A stretch of DNA of 64,000 bases from Deltaproteobacteria bacterium. GTDB lineage: Bacteria; Desulfobacterota; DSM-4660; Desulfatiglandales; B25-G16. The stretch lies in NCBI GenBank assembly GCA_020349945.1, contig CP070704.1:409407-473406 (forward strand), given 5' to 3'. The position numbers were made by a program, and so were the translations under genes. Below the pieces are notes generated by a model. It had not been told where the DNA came from, did no database searches, and saw only the letters and a program-made list of their open reading frames with translations. Below are positions 47,297-57,428 of the stretch, in pieces (position 1 is the first letter of the stretch; each line of letters opens with the position of its first letter).

Positions 47297-48439
47297 GTGG
47301 TTTTCTTTTTGTTTACCTTTTTCCTGATCTATAGTGCATTACATCTGTACATATTCACTAAGATAAAGGGTGCTCTATCCGTTGGAAGTGTCAGTAGCAT
47401 TTTTCTGATATCCCTCATGGCAGCAATGGTTGTCGCACCGGTTGTTGTGCGGATATCCGAGAGGCATGGATTTGAGCTCTTCGCCCGCTTCATCTCTTAC
47501 ATCGGATATACATGGATGGGACTTGCGTTTCTTTTCTTTTGTTTTTCGTTCGGTGTTGATCTATATCGCTTTTTCCTTTACACAGGCGGGCTTATACTTC
47601 AAAACAACTTTTCCTATCTATCCCCTTCGCCCCGATCTATCTTGGTCATCTCATTCCTCATTACAGCAGCAGTAGCATCATGTGGCTATTTTGAAGCATG
47701 CTATATTCACAACGAAACAATGATAATACGAAGCCCAAAAATCCCCAAAGAGGTCGGCACCTTAACAATCGCCCAGATCTCTGATGCCCATCTTGGATTG
47801 ATTGTGAGAGAGGAGAGATTGAAAAGGATTCTCAGAGCGGTAAAGAGGGCAGAACCTGATATTTTGGTATCCACAGGCGACCTTGTGGATGGACAGATGG
47901 GGAATCTGACAGGACTTGCAGAACTGCTGAATGCCATTAATCCAAAGTACGGCAAATTCGCAATAACGGGAAATCACGAGTTCTATGCCGGTCTTGATCA
48001 GGCGTTGAATTTTGCAGAACAAGCGGGTTTCACAGTACTGAGGGGAGAAGCACTGAACGTTGCTGGGATTATCAATATTGCTGGTATTGACGACCCAACG
48101 GGGAGGCAGCTTGAGGTCTTTAGAGGGGTTTCAGAAAAAGCTCTGCTCTCCGGACTTACCCGTGACAGGTTTACCCTTCTCCTTAAGCACATGCCGGTAG
48201 TAAACGAGAACGCGTTAGGCCTTTTTGACCTGCAGCTTTCAGGGCATACTCATAAAGGACAGATCTTCCCTTTCAGCCTTATCACCAGGCTGTTTTTCCC
48301 ACATTACGCAGGACTCATGCATCTGCCGAATAATTCCTATTTGTATGTGAGCAGGGGCTCAGGGACATGGGGGCCACCAATTCGTTTTCTATCACCGCCT
48401 GAAGTGACGGTCATTAAATTAGTTTGTGAGCATACATAA
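47297..48439 (+). CDS. membrane-anchored metallophosphoesterase (YkuE-like)
   Basis: N-terminal TM helices. ISDAHLG, TGDLVDG, GNHEFY, GHTHKGQ. Confidence 0.8.
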   Translation: MVFFLFTFFLIYSALHLYIFTKIKGALSVGSVSSIFLISLMAAMVVAPVVVRISERHGFELFARFISYIGYTWMGLAFLFFCFSFGVDLYRFFLYTGGLILQNNFSYLSPSPRSILVISFLITAAVASCGYFEACYIHNETMIIRSPKIPKEVGTLTIAQISDAHLGLIVREERLKRILRAVKRAEPDILVSTGDLVDGQMGNLTGLAELLNAINPKYGKFAITGNHEFYAGLDQALNFAEQAGFTVLRGEALNVAGIINIAGIDDPTGRQLEVFRGVSEKALLSGLTRDRFTLLLKHMPVVNENALGLFDLQLSGHTHKGQIFPFSLITRLFFPHYAGLMHLPNNSYLYVSRGSGTWGPPIRFLSPPEVTVIKLVCEHT

Positions 48440-48619
48440 TCTCTTGTTTTGATGGATTTTGTGCGTGCTGGTCGTAACGCTCCATACAAGGATCGCGTTT
48501 TTCTTGTCGGAGATTTTTGCACGATATCAAATGTCTTTTGAAGATCGCCCTGTGAAATGGTATATTCATGAGGCGACTGACTTGCCTTGTTCCTAATCTC
48601 ACGATTAAGGAGGAAAGAC

Positions 48620-49600
48620 ATGCGCTTCGAGCAGACCTTCATGAATTTCATACTTCAACACCAGGAGAAACATAACCGTACCTATCACTTCTTGATCTTG
48701 ATGGATGCCTTAATCAGTGCGGCAAAGCACATCCAACATTACTATCTAACAGGTATGTTAAGAGGGAATTTGGGATTGACTGGCACAGTGAATGTGCAGG
48801 GCGAGCACGCCATGGGGATAGACCACATTGCTGAGGAGATCAGCCTTCATTATTTGAGGAGTTCAGGCCGTGTAATCCATGCGGTCAGCGAGGAGTCGGA
48901 AGAAATGATTCTCATGGATGCCGAGGGAGGACGCTACTTTGTGTATTTCGATCCCCTTGATGGTTCATCAAACGTTTCCCACGGATTGCCGGTCGGTTTT
49001 CTGTTTGGCGTTGCCAAGCGAAACCTGGATGGGCCTGAAGACGGGCATTTGCGGCCCGGGAAAGATTATATCGCTGCGGGCATGTTTGTGATTCCCACGG
49101 GCACGTTTACCCTTGCGCTGAAGGAGTCGGGAACCTGGCGATTCCACATTGATGATACCATGAACTTTGTCAAACCGATCGGCGTAATCCTCCCTGAGGA
49201 TAGCAAGACCTGGGAATTTTCATTCAATGAGGCCAACCGATGCAGCTTTGACCAGAGAGTGCAGACATGGATCGCAGAAGAGGAAAGAAAATACGCCTTC
49301 AGGTACCTGGGCTCCCTGGCGGGAGACTTCCACAGGATTCTTTCCAACGGGGGCATATTCATGTATCCCGCTATTGTCAGCCACCCAAACCCGGAGAAAA
49401 ACCGTCCGCACGGAAAACTGCGCCTTATGTATGAGGCAGCGGTCGTGGCCTTCATGTGCCATGAGGCTGGCGGGGATGCTGTTGATGAAGCGGGCATCCC
49501 TATTCTCGAAATCCAGCCAAAGGAACATCACCAACGGACTGCCCTCTATGTTGGTTCCAAGCCGCTTGTGGATGAAATCGCCCAGATCCTGCGTGGTTAG
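48620..49600 (+). CDS. fbp: class 1 fructose-1,6-bisphosphatase
   Basis: FDPLDGSSN, GKLRLMYEA. Start at 48620 (AAGGAGG RBS). Confidence 0.85.
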   Translation: MRFEQTFMNFILQHQEKHNRTYHFLILMDALISAAKHIQHYYLTGMLRGNLGLTGTVNVQGEHAMGIDHIAEEISLHYLRSSGRVIHAVSEESEEMILMDAEGGRYFVYFDPLDGSSNVSHGLPVGFLFGVAKRNLDGPEDGHLRPGKDYIAAGMFVIPTGTFTLALKESGTWRFHIDDTMNFVKPIGVILPEDSKTWEFSFNEANRCSFDQRVQTWIAEEERKYAFRYLGSLAGDFHRILSNGGIFMYPAIVSHPNPEKNRPHGKLRLMYEAAVVAFMCHEAGGDAVDEAGIPILEIQPKEHHQRTALYVGSKPLVDEIAQILRG

Positions 49601-49656
49601 GAGAGGCATGAGGCTGTTGAATAAGCTCAGTTAAGCATATTTTAGGGAATATTAAA

Positions 49657-50106
49657 GTGGATATTAAGCGATTCTTTGAGATACTTGAGCTCGACCGTAA
49701 TGCCTCGCTCGATGAGGCGAAACAGGCCTATAAGGATATGGTAAATATCTGGCATCCAGATCGCTTCTCCAACAATCCTCGACTAAAACGAAAGGCTGAG
49801 GAGAAATTGAAGGAGGCCAACCTGGCCTATGAGATGGTGAGATCCTTTTTGACCTCACCCAAAGAGGCAAGGCCGGGGCAAGAAAAGGCCCCAAAAAGCC
49901 AAGCGGAGGCTGGAGCAAGGGATAAAACAGAAGCTGTGGTGGAAGCAGGGACGCGAATTATTTTGAGCGTGTGCTACTATCTTTATACATCGCTTCGCGG
50001 CATAATTGTCAGTCAGCCCCCTAAACCAGGGGCGGACAAGAAGGCTAAAGGAGAGCCAGAGAAAGAGCAGAGGCAATGTCAGGGGAAAAGGCGTGGGCAG
50101 AAATGA
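49657..50106 (+). CDS. J-domain protein
   Basis: ILELDRNASLDEAKQAYKDMVNIWHPDR (HPD motif). Low-complexity basic tail. Confidence 0.7.
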   Translation: MDIKRFFEILELDRNASLDEAKQAYKDMVNIWHPDRFSNNPRLKRKAEEKLKEANLAYEMVRSFLTSPKEARPGQEKAPKSQAEAGARDKTEAVVEAGTRIILSVCYYLYTSLRGIIVSQPPKPGADKKAKGEPEKEQRQCQGKRRGQK

Positions 50107-50197
50107 AGGCAGGCACTAAGTTAACAGCAAGTTCGCTGGAAAAACCACAGGAGCTAAGCCTGGCAAGGAGAATAAGAGAGGACCGAGGACTAATTTT

Positions 50198-51715
50198 GTG
50201 TCTACCGTGACAACACGGTGTGCTGAAGCGCCCTTGGTGCTGGCCCTTGACATCGGCACCTCGTCGGTGCGGAGTGTGCTCTTTGACCGGCTGGGTAGGG
50301 CTGTGGAAGGGGTGGAAGCACACCAGGCGCTTGAAGTGCGGAGGTCATCAGATGGTGCCTCTGAGGTGGATCCCGAAGCTGTAATAGAATTAGTCTGCCG
50401 CTGTCTGGATGCCGTGTTAATTCAGGCAGGACCATTGACCCAGCAGATTGCCGGTGTTGGCGCGTGCACATTTGTCAATAACATCCTGGGGGTAAATGAG
50501 TCCGGGCAGGCGATAACACTCGTTACGACCTATGCGGACACCCGCGCGGAGGTAGAGGTTCCATGGCTGCGAAGTGAGCTCGACGAAACGTCTATACATG
50601 ATCGCACGGGTTGCCCGTTCCATTCAAGTTACTTGCCTGCCCGCCTTCGTTGGCTGCGCCGCATGCAACCGGATCTCTTCCGTCAAGTAGCACGCTGGAT
50701 ATCGATTGGTGAGTACCTGGAGCTCACGCTATTCGGCGATGCTGCGCTCAGCTATTCCGTGGCTTCATGGACGGGTCTTCTAGACCGACACCACCTGGTA
50801 TGGGACGAAGCGCTGCTGAATGCGCTCCAGCTACGACCAGAACAGTTGTCCCCGCTTACCGACCTCAACATACCCCGCTCTGGATTGCTTCCCGCGTACG
50901 CTTCCCGGTGGTCTGCCTTGCAGGATGTTCCCTGGTTTCCAGCGGTGGGAGACGGCGCTGCTGCCAACATTGGAAGTGGTTGCGTCTCTACAGGGCAAGT
51001 AGCCTTGACCGTGGGAACCACAACTGCCATGCGGGCCGTCGTACCTGGCCGAGTGGTTCATATTCCAGCTGGCTTGTGGTGCTACCGGGTAGACACCAGA
51101 CGTTCGCTCCCTGGTGGTGCTTTGAGCGAGGGAGGGAACGTCTACGCATGGATTAATGACAACTTCAGGCTCGGAGATTTGAGCAAGGTGGATTCCGATC
51201 TGGGAGCTCTGGCACCTAATTCCCACGGCCTTACTATGCTGCCTTTCTTCGCGGGAGAGCGCAGCCCCGGGTGGGCGGGCCATGCGAGGGCCACAATCCA
51301 TGGCCTGTCCCTAGCGACAACCCCGCTAGATATCTTGCGTGCTGGGCTGGAGGCAATAGCCTATCGCATTGCCATAGTCTTTGAGTCGCTACGGCAATTA
51401 CTGCCCAAGGAGCCGAAGGTGGTGGCCAGCGGTGGGGCACTCCTTGGTTCGGCCACCTGGCTGCAAATCATGGCGGACGTACTGGGACGGCAGGTTGCCA
51501 TCTCGGAGGTTCAGGAGGCCTCAGCGAGAGGAGCTGCACTGCTGGTTTTAGAATCGCTCGGTGTGCTGGCAAGCCTTGAACAGGCACCGGACTTCATCGG
51601 CACAATCTACGAACCGGACATCCATCGCCATGCCCTGTATCGGATATCGATGAAGGATCAGCAGGAGTTGTATGATAAGCTGGTTCGACAGATGTCGAGA
51701 AAGCGTAAGGCATGA
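50198..51715 (+). CDS. FGGY-family carbohydrate kinase
   Basis: LALDIGTSSVR N-terminal motif and GGALLGSATW C-terminal motif. Confidence 0.8.
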   Translation: MSTVTTRCAEAPLVLALDIGTSSVRSVLFDRLGRAVEGVEAHQALEVRRSSDGASEVDPEAVIELVCRCLDAVLIQAGPLTQQIAGVGACTFVNNILGVNESGQAITLVTTYADTRAEVEVPWLRSELDETSIHDRTGCPFHSSYLPARLRWLRRMQPDLFRQVARWISIGEYLELTLFGDAALSYSVASWTGLLDRHHLVWDEALLNALQLRPEQLSPLTDLNIPRSGLLPAYASRWSALQDVPWFPAVGDGAAANIGSGCVSTGQVALTVGTTTAMRAVVPGRVVHIPAGLWCYRVDTRRSLPGGALSEGGNVYAWINDNFRLGDLSKVDSDLGALAPNSHGLTMLPFFAGERSPGWAGHARATIHGLSLATTPLDILRAGLEAIAYRIAIVFESLRQLLPKEPKVVASGGALLGSATWLQIMADVLGRQVAISEVQEASARGAALLVLESLGVLASLEQAPDFIGTIYEPDIHRHALYRISMKDQQELYDKLVRQMSRKRKA

Positions 51716-51883
51716 GGAGTGCCACGGGCTCCAAGCCCAACCCGATTACCTCTGCAGCCACACCTACTGATGCGTGAACCACGAGGGCACTTTCACTACA
51801 AAATGACCAAGAAGCTTGTGTAGGGGCTCTCTCTCGAGTAAGTACACCAGATCATAAACTGGGCCCTTTAGGAGGGGAACTTG

Positions 51884-53050
51884 ATGCGCCCATTACCTTC
51901 AAGTGCTGAGGTTGTAATCGTTGGTGGGGGAATTATCGGTGTCAGCATAGCCTACTATCTAGCCAAAAAAGGTATGAGGGAGGTGCTCCTTCTGGAAAGA
52001 GGCATGATGGGGGAGGGCGCCACAGGCAAATGTGCAGGTGGAATCCGCACTCAATTCTCCACCGAGATTAACATACGGCTTTCCCTACTCAGCCTAAAGG
52101 TCTTTGAACACTTCAAGGAGGAGTTTGGCGTGGATCCGGAGTTCAACCCTGCAGGATACCTCTTTCTCGCTGTCCGTAAGCGGCAATGGGCAATCCTGAA
52201 GACAAACGCCCAACTCATGAAAACCATGGGGCTGGATGTAGAGCTTTTGGGACCGAGTGAAATTCGAGGTCGATGGCCATTTCTGCGGGTAGATGACCTG
52301 CTAGGCGGATCATATTCGAAGTGCGATGGATACGCTGGTCCCTACGAGATCCTTCAGGGATTTGCCAAAGGGGCGCGTGAATTGGGGGCGATGCTCATAG
52401 AAGGGGCAGAGGTCACCAAAATTCATAGGAAAAGAGAGCGGGTGCAAGCTGTGGAGATGGCAACAGGGGAAAGGATAGTCACTCCCCTCGTGATCAACGC
52501 AGCAGGGCCATATGCGTCTCGAGTCGCGGCAATGGTGGGAGTGGAGCTGCTGGTGAAACCTCTACGAAGACAGCTTTTTTTCACTGACGTCTTTAAGGAA
52601 CTCCCAGCCCTCTTTCCCATGGTGATCGACCTTGAGCATGGTTGGTATATGAGAAGGGAAGGGAAGGGGCTGCTGCTGGCTGGCCCAGAGGATGCGCAAA
52701 GCTCTTTCAATGAAAAGGTGGACTTTGGGGGCCAGGAGTGGACCGCAGCCAGATCCCTTCATCGGGTACCAATTTTGCAACGTGCGAGGATCGTGCGAGG
52801 CCTGGCCGGTCTTTATGACATTTCTCCGGACCACCATGCCATTCTTGGTCCATTTCCCGAAATAAAAGGGTTTGTGTGTGCCAACGGTTTCAGCGGACAC
52901 GGGTTTCAGCACAGCCCGGCAATCGGGATCTTGATCGCAGAACTCATTGCTGGAGGTCGGTCCAAGACGGTGGATATCCACCCGTTGAGACCTCACCGTT
53001 TTCGGGAAGGGGATCTTATCTACGAGCCGTTGACTGCTTTTCACGATTGA
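51884..53050 (+). CDS. FAD-dependent oxidoreductase (DAO family, sarcosine-oxidase-beta-like)
   Basis: VVIVGGGIIGVSIAYYLA. AGGAGG RBS. A TTG at 51881 is an alternative start. Confidence 0.8.
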   Translation: MRPLPSSAEVVIVGGGIIGVSIAYYLAKKGMREVLLLERGMMGEGATGKCAGGIRTQFSTEINIRLSLLSLKVFEHFKEEFGVDPEFNPAGYLFLAVRKRQWAILKTNAQLMKTMGLDVELLGPSEIRGRWPFLRVDDLLGGSYSKCDGYAGPYEILQGFAKGARELGAMLIEGAEVTKIHRKRERVQAVEMATGERIVTPLVINAAGPYASRVAAMVGVELLVKPLRRQLFFTDVFKELPALFPMVIDLEHGWYMRREGKGLLLAGPEDAQSSFNEKVDFGGQEWTAARSLHRVPILQRARIVRGLAGLYDISPDHHAILGPFPEIKGFVCANGFSGHGFQHSPAIGILIAELIAGGRSKTVDIHPLRPHRFREGDLIYEPLTAFHD

Positions 53051-53135
53051 AATACGTCAGGCTATCCTGGCACGATCCCTATATCATCCTTGTCGCGAAT
53101 GAGGATTATCAGCACTATGCTGTAGTCGCTCATGG

Positions 53136-53164
53136 ATTGACACCCAACCATGCCTCGGTTATAC
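53136..53164 (+). promoter_or_regulatory. candidate sigma70 promoter
   Basis: TTGACA-N17-TATACT, ~85 nt upstream of the MTH1187-family gene. Confidence 0.6.
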
Positions 53165-53250
53165 TCGCCCCATACAGGATATGGAATAGAAAATCCTCAC
53201 GAGATTATTATCAAGGATTCTCATCTCTGAGATCAAAAAGGGAGAATTCT

Positions 53251-53544
53251 ATGGCCCTACTTATCAATTTTTCCATCTTTCCCGTTGACAGAGGCGAAAG
53301 TCTGAGTCCTTACGTTGCCAGGGCAGTCAAGATTATAAAAGACAGCGGACTGCCGCACAAGCTCGGACCTATGGGAACGAGCATCGAGGGGGAGTGGGAC
53401 CAGGTCATGAGTGTGGTGAGCCGGTGCCTCGAAGAACTTAAGAAGGACTGCGATCGGGTGTATATGACCATTAATGCCGATTACAGGAAGGGCCCCGCTG
53501 GACGCATCCAGAGCAAGGTAAAGGCCGTGGAAGGGAGATTGTAG
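53251..53544 (+). CDS. MTH1187/YkoF-family (DUF77) thiamine-binding-type protein
   Basis: 97 aa starting at the internal ATG at 53251 (AAAGGGAGA RBS). SLSPYVA...GPMGTSIEGEW family pattern. Confidence 0.75.
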   Translation: MALLINFSIFPVDRGESLSPYVARAVKIIKDSGLPHKLGPMGTSIEGEWDQVMSVVSRCLEELKKDCDRVYMTINADYRKGPAGRIQSKVKAVEGRL

Positions 53545-53595
53545 TGCAAATAACAGTAGGGATTGTGGGTAGTATGTTTATAAGGGAGGTTTACC

Positions 53596-54543
53596 ATGGC
53601 AGCAAGAAGGCTTGATCCACAAATAGCGGCATTATTACAACAGATGCAGCGGCAGGGCGTACCGCCAGTGCATACGCTTACGCCGATTCAGGCAAGAGAG
53701 AGCAGAAACTCGCTTTTTGTGAAGCTGGGCGGGCCTCCAGAAGCCGTTGCAAAGGTCGAAGACCTCAATATTCCCGGTCCGGCAGGGCATATTCCGATAC
53801 GTATCTATACACCACAAGGCAGCGGCCCATTTCCCGTGCTGGTTTATTTTCACGGTGGTGGTTGGGTCATCTGCAATCTCGACACGCACGACTCTATATG
53901 CCGATCACTGGCAAATGGGGCATCCTGTGTTGTGGTTTCTGTTGACTACCGGCTGGCACCAGAGCATAAATTTCCAGCAGCAATTGATGACGCGTATGCA
54001 GCAACACAGTGGGTAGCTGACAACGCCAGCCCTATTGAGGGCGATCCGACTCATATTGCGGTGGGTGGTGATAGTGCCGGAGGGAATTTGGCAGCTGTTG
54101 TATGCCTCATGGCACGTGACAGGGGTGGACCTTCCCTAGTGTATCAGCTGCTTGTATATCCTGTGACCAACCTTTCCTCTTTTGACACCGATTCTTACCG
54201 TGAACACGGGGAAGGCTATATATTGACTAAGGATGGTATGGACTATTATCGAGGTCACTATGTAGCGCACGAAGACGAATTGCGCAATCCATATGCGTCT
54301 CCATTGCTGGCCCAAAAACTGAGCGGCCTGCCGCCTGCGCTTGTCATAACCGCCGAGTTTGATGTGTTAACAGATGAGGCGGAGGCTTACGCAAAGCGAT
54401 TGAAACAAGCAGGTATCCCGGTTACGTATACCCGCTATAGGGGTATGATTCACGCCTTCTTCAGCTTGGCTGCGGCGGTGAGCCGAGCCAGAGATGCTAT
54501 GGATCAAGCCGCTGCTGCCCTGCGTTCCGCCTTTGTCAAATGA
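53596..54543 (+). CDS. alpha/beta hydrolase, HSL-type esterase/lipase
   Basis: HGGGW oxyanion motif and GDSAGGNLA nucleophile elbow. Confidence 0.85.
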   Translation: MAARRLDPQIAALLQQMQRQGVPPVHTLTPIQARESRNSLFVKLGGPPEAVAKVEDLNIPGPAGHIPIRIYTPQGSGPFPVLVYFHGGGWVICNLDTHDSICRSLANGASCVVVSVDYRLAPEHKFPAAIDDAYAATQWVADNASPIEGDPTHIAVGGDSAGGNLAAVVCLMARDRGGPSLVYQLLVYPVTNLSSFDTDSYREHGEGYILTKDGMDYYRGHYVAHEDELRNPYASPLLAQKLSGLPPALVITAEFDVLTDEAEAYAKRLKQAGIPVTYTRYRGMIHAFFSLAAAVSRARDAMDQAAAALRSAFVK

Positions 54544-54594
54544 AATTGCCAATCACATGTGAATGGCAGAATTTTATCAATTCAACAGTAATAA

Positions 54595-55047
54595 ATGGCA
54601 GAAAAGGTTTTTAGCAAGATTAGAAAATTCAAGAGAGAGGATATCAATAAAATACTTGAGATTGAGGAACAGGCATTTCCAAAGTCAGCTTACTCAAAGG
54701 AAACACTCCTAAACTATGCATACAGTTTTCCAGACGGCTTTATTGTTATAGAGGCCGGTACGGAGATTGTTGGATACATCATCTTTGATATGAGCGGTCA
54801 TATCCACTCCACTGCTATTAGGCGGACATACAGGAGAAAGGGCTTTGGAAAGATGTTATTCATGCATGCCTTAGAGTGCACTAAGAAGAGACTGTGGCTC
54901 GAGGTCAGATCAAAGAACAGTGCGGCAATAAAGTTCTACAAGAGGCTGGGCATGAAAATAGTAGGAAGAGTCCCAAATTACTATGGAGGCGATGACGCCT
55001 TGATTATGGTTTTGGGTCAGGAAGAACAGGCTCAAAACCTCATGTGA
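54595..55047 (+). CDS. rimI: ribosomal-protein-alanine N-acetyltransferase-like GNAT
   Basis: ILEIEEQAFP..., RRKGFGKML. Confidence 0.7.
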   Translation: MAEKVFSKIRKFKREDINKILEIEEQAFPKSAYSKETLLNYAYSFPDGFIVIEAGTEIVGYIIFDMSGHIHSTAIRRTYRRKGFGKMLFMHALECTKKRLWLEVRSKNSAAIKFYKRLGMKIVGRVPNYYGGDDALIMVLGQEEQAQNLM

Positions 55048-55700
55048 GAGTAAACATTCGGCGATCTAGGAGGGTACTGTCCATCTGCTCATAACAGGAT
55101 AATCGGGTGCACGATGATTTGGCCTGGCGCCACAGGCCTTTCGATTCTTCTCTGTGTCGGTAATTGAACACCGCCTTTTCGCGTTTTACTATGAGATATC
55201 AATGTGTTATCCTCGCCTATAGCAAAGGAGGTGTTGTATTTTGAACACACTTAGTGGTCGCCGCAGGGCGAGGCTGCCCCTCTTTTTCTGATGATTCTTG
55301 GATTTTTCTGAACGCTTTTAAGGCTACAGGCCTTGAGAATCTCCTGATCCCCGGATTTGGAGAAATCGACAGGGCAGATGAGGAAATATCGACACGCAGA
55401 TGGTATGCCTATCAGGGCAAACTCTTCAGGGGGCTACAAAAAAAGCCCTGCTAGGGGCTGTCTCCTAACAGGGCTAGAGGAGGTAGGAATGAAGGAAAGG
55501 AGGGAAACTTCATTCCGTTCGGCTATTTTAAAAGCAATTCTCGTGCCAGATTTAAATTGATCTCGTCACAATCAGCCAATCCTATGTTTCATCCAATGAG
55601 CCTTAGGGTCACATTTGCCCTTGACTCATGTCATCAATCCCTTTTATTGAATGTTCTGATCCCTGATTCCCGTTATCTAAGGATGGTTGGTTGAGTGTGC

Positions 55701-57191
55701 ATGAAAATGAAGTCGAGAGAAGTGCCCATACTCTCCAAATCGCGTTTCCTCGCTGGGCTGCAGTGCCCTCTGCGCCTGTGGTACCAGTGCTATAACCCCG
55801 CCCTTGCTTCGGAGCTTTCCCCCAGCCAGCAGGCGATTTTCGAGGGAGGCCATGAAGTCGGAAGACTAGCAACCCGTCTTTATCCTGGAGGGTTTTTGAT
55901 TGATGCTGATCACTTGCACCACGAAGAGTCTGTGCAGGCCACCCGGGCAGCCATGAATGAATCAGAGGTGCGGGCAATCTACGAAGCGGCTTTTCTGTGG
56001 GATGGTATCCGGGCAAGGGTGGATATCCTTGAAAGGTCGGATGATACCCGCTGGAACCTGATCGAGGTGAAGTCCTCCACTTCGGTCAAAGAGATACATC
56101 TGCCCGATGTTGCAGTTCAGTACCATGTCCTCCGGGGGTCAGGCGTACCCATAGCCCGTGCGGGTATCCTGCACCTAAATAACCAGTATGTGTACAATGG
56201 GCGCGAGCTTGATCTTAGGGGTCTTTTTTCATTTTCTGACCTGACAGAGCAGGTCAAATCAATCCAAGAAATAATTCCTTTGAAGCTTGAGGACCTCAGA
56301 AGAATGCTGAGCGGGAATGATCCGCCGGAGATTTTGCCCTCTCGCTTCTGTAAGAGCCCCTATGGCTGTGAATTCTGGGAGCACTGTACGCGGGGGATGC
56401 CTGAGTTCTGGATTCTGAATCTCAGCGGCATAGGCCAAAACACACTCCATGATCTAGCAGCCCTGAATATTCAGGATATTCGAGATATTCCTGAGTTTTT
56501 CCCCTTGAGCGTGCTCCAAGAAAGAATCAAAAAGTGTGTGATCAGTCAGGTGGAGTACATTTCACCAGCGCTTGAAGCTGAGTTAAAGGATGTAGTGTAC
56601 CCCATTCACTTCCTTGATTTCGAAACGGTTAGCCCCGCAATCCCGCGCTACCCCTATACAAGGCCCTACCAGTCTATTCCTTTTCAGTGGTCCGATCATA
56701 TCCTCTTTAAGGACAATACCCTGAAACATCGCGCATACCTTTACGATCAAGACGAGGACCCCCGGGAGGAATTCGTCCATACCCTACTTGAGGCTTTAGA
56801 AGAGAGGGGTACTATCTTTACCTATACAGGTTATGAAAAAATGATCATTAAGGAGCTGGTTGAATATCTTCCGCAGTGCTGCGACCGGTTGCGCGCCACC
56901 CTGAGTCGGTTAAAGGATTTCCAGGCGTTGATAAGGAGACATTTTTACCACCCGAGATTCTACGGGTCTTTTTCGCTCAAGTGCGTGCTCCCAGCTCTTG
57001 CTCCTAACATGAATTACGAGAACCTAGCTATTCAGGAAGGTAGTCAGGCCTCACTGGAATATCTGCGGATGATGGATTCTTCCACTTCCCAAAAAGAAAA
57101 AGAGAAGATTAAGAAAGCCCTGCTTGCCTACTGCAGTCGTGACACCGCTGCTATGGTGAAAATCAGAGAAGAACTACTAAAGCGATTCTGA
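55701..57191 (+). CDS. DUF2779-type protein: PD-(D/E)XK nuclease-like N-terminus plus DEDD-like exonuclease-like C-terminus
   Basis: LSKSRFLAGLQCPLRLW, RVDIL...LIEVKSS (D..EVK), then IHFLDFETVSPAIP...IPFQWSDH. Confidence 0.7.
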   Translation: MKMKSREVPILSKSRFLAGLQCPLRLWYQCYNPALASELSPSQQAIFEGGHEVGRLATRLYPGGFLIDADHLHHEESVQATRAAMNESEVRAIYEAAFLWDGIRARVDILERSDDTRWNLIEVKSSTSVKEIHLPDVAVQYHVLRGSGVPIARAGILHLNNQYVYNGRELDLRGLFSFSDLTEQVKSIQEIIPLKLEDLRRMLSGNDPPEILPSRFCKSPYGCEFWEHCTRGMPEFWILNLSGIGQNTLHDLAALNIQDIRDIPEFFPLSVLQERIKKCVISQVEYISPALEAELKDVVYPIHFLDFETVSPAIPRYPYTRPYQSIPFQWSDHILFKDNTLKHRAYLYDQDEDPREEFVHTLLEALEERGTIFTYTGYEKMIIKELVEYLPQCCDRLRATLSRLKDFQALIRRHFYHPRFYGSFSLKCVLPALAPNMNYENLAIQEGSQASLEYLRMMDSSTSQKEKEKIKKALLAYCSRDTAAMVKIREELLKRF

Positions 57192-57428
57192 GGTCTTTAT
57201 GAGGGAAGACTGCTCTTAATGCACTGGTGATAACCAATTCCGTTTGAATTGGGCATACTATCAGACCATGAAGTGCGGAAAAAGCAGTCAGGTTAACTTG
57301 GTCAAGGGTAAGAATCAGTTTTTTCTTGAAGGCCCTGGAGATAGTGATAAAATGAATTCTAAACGAGACTTTGTCCGCCAAAAAGACGGTCGTTAAAATT
57401 GAAATATTTGATTCATGAGGAGGGAGTG

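Noticed and set aside
53165-53250. A TPP riboswitch upstream of the thiamine-binding-type MTH1187 gene, because CTGAGA is present.
   Set aside because: The leader is only ~85 nt and lacks the other conserved THI-box segments (GGGGTGC..., ACCTGATCTGGATAATGCCAGCG).
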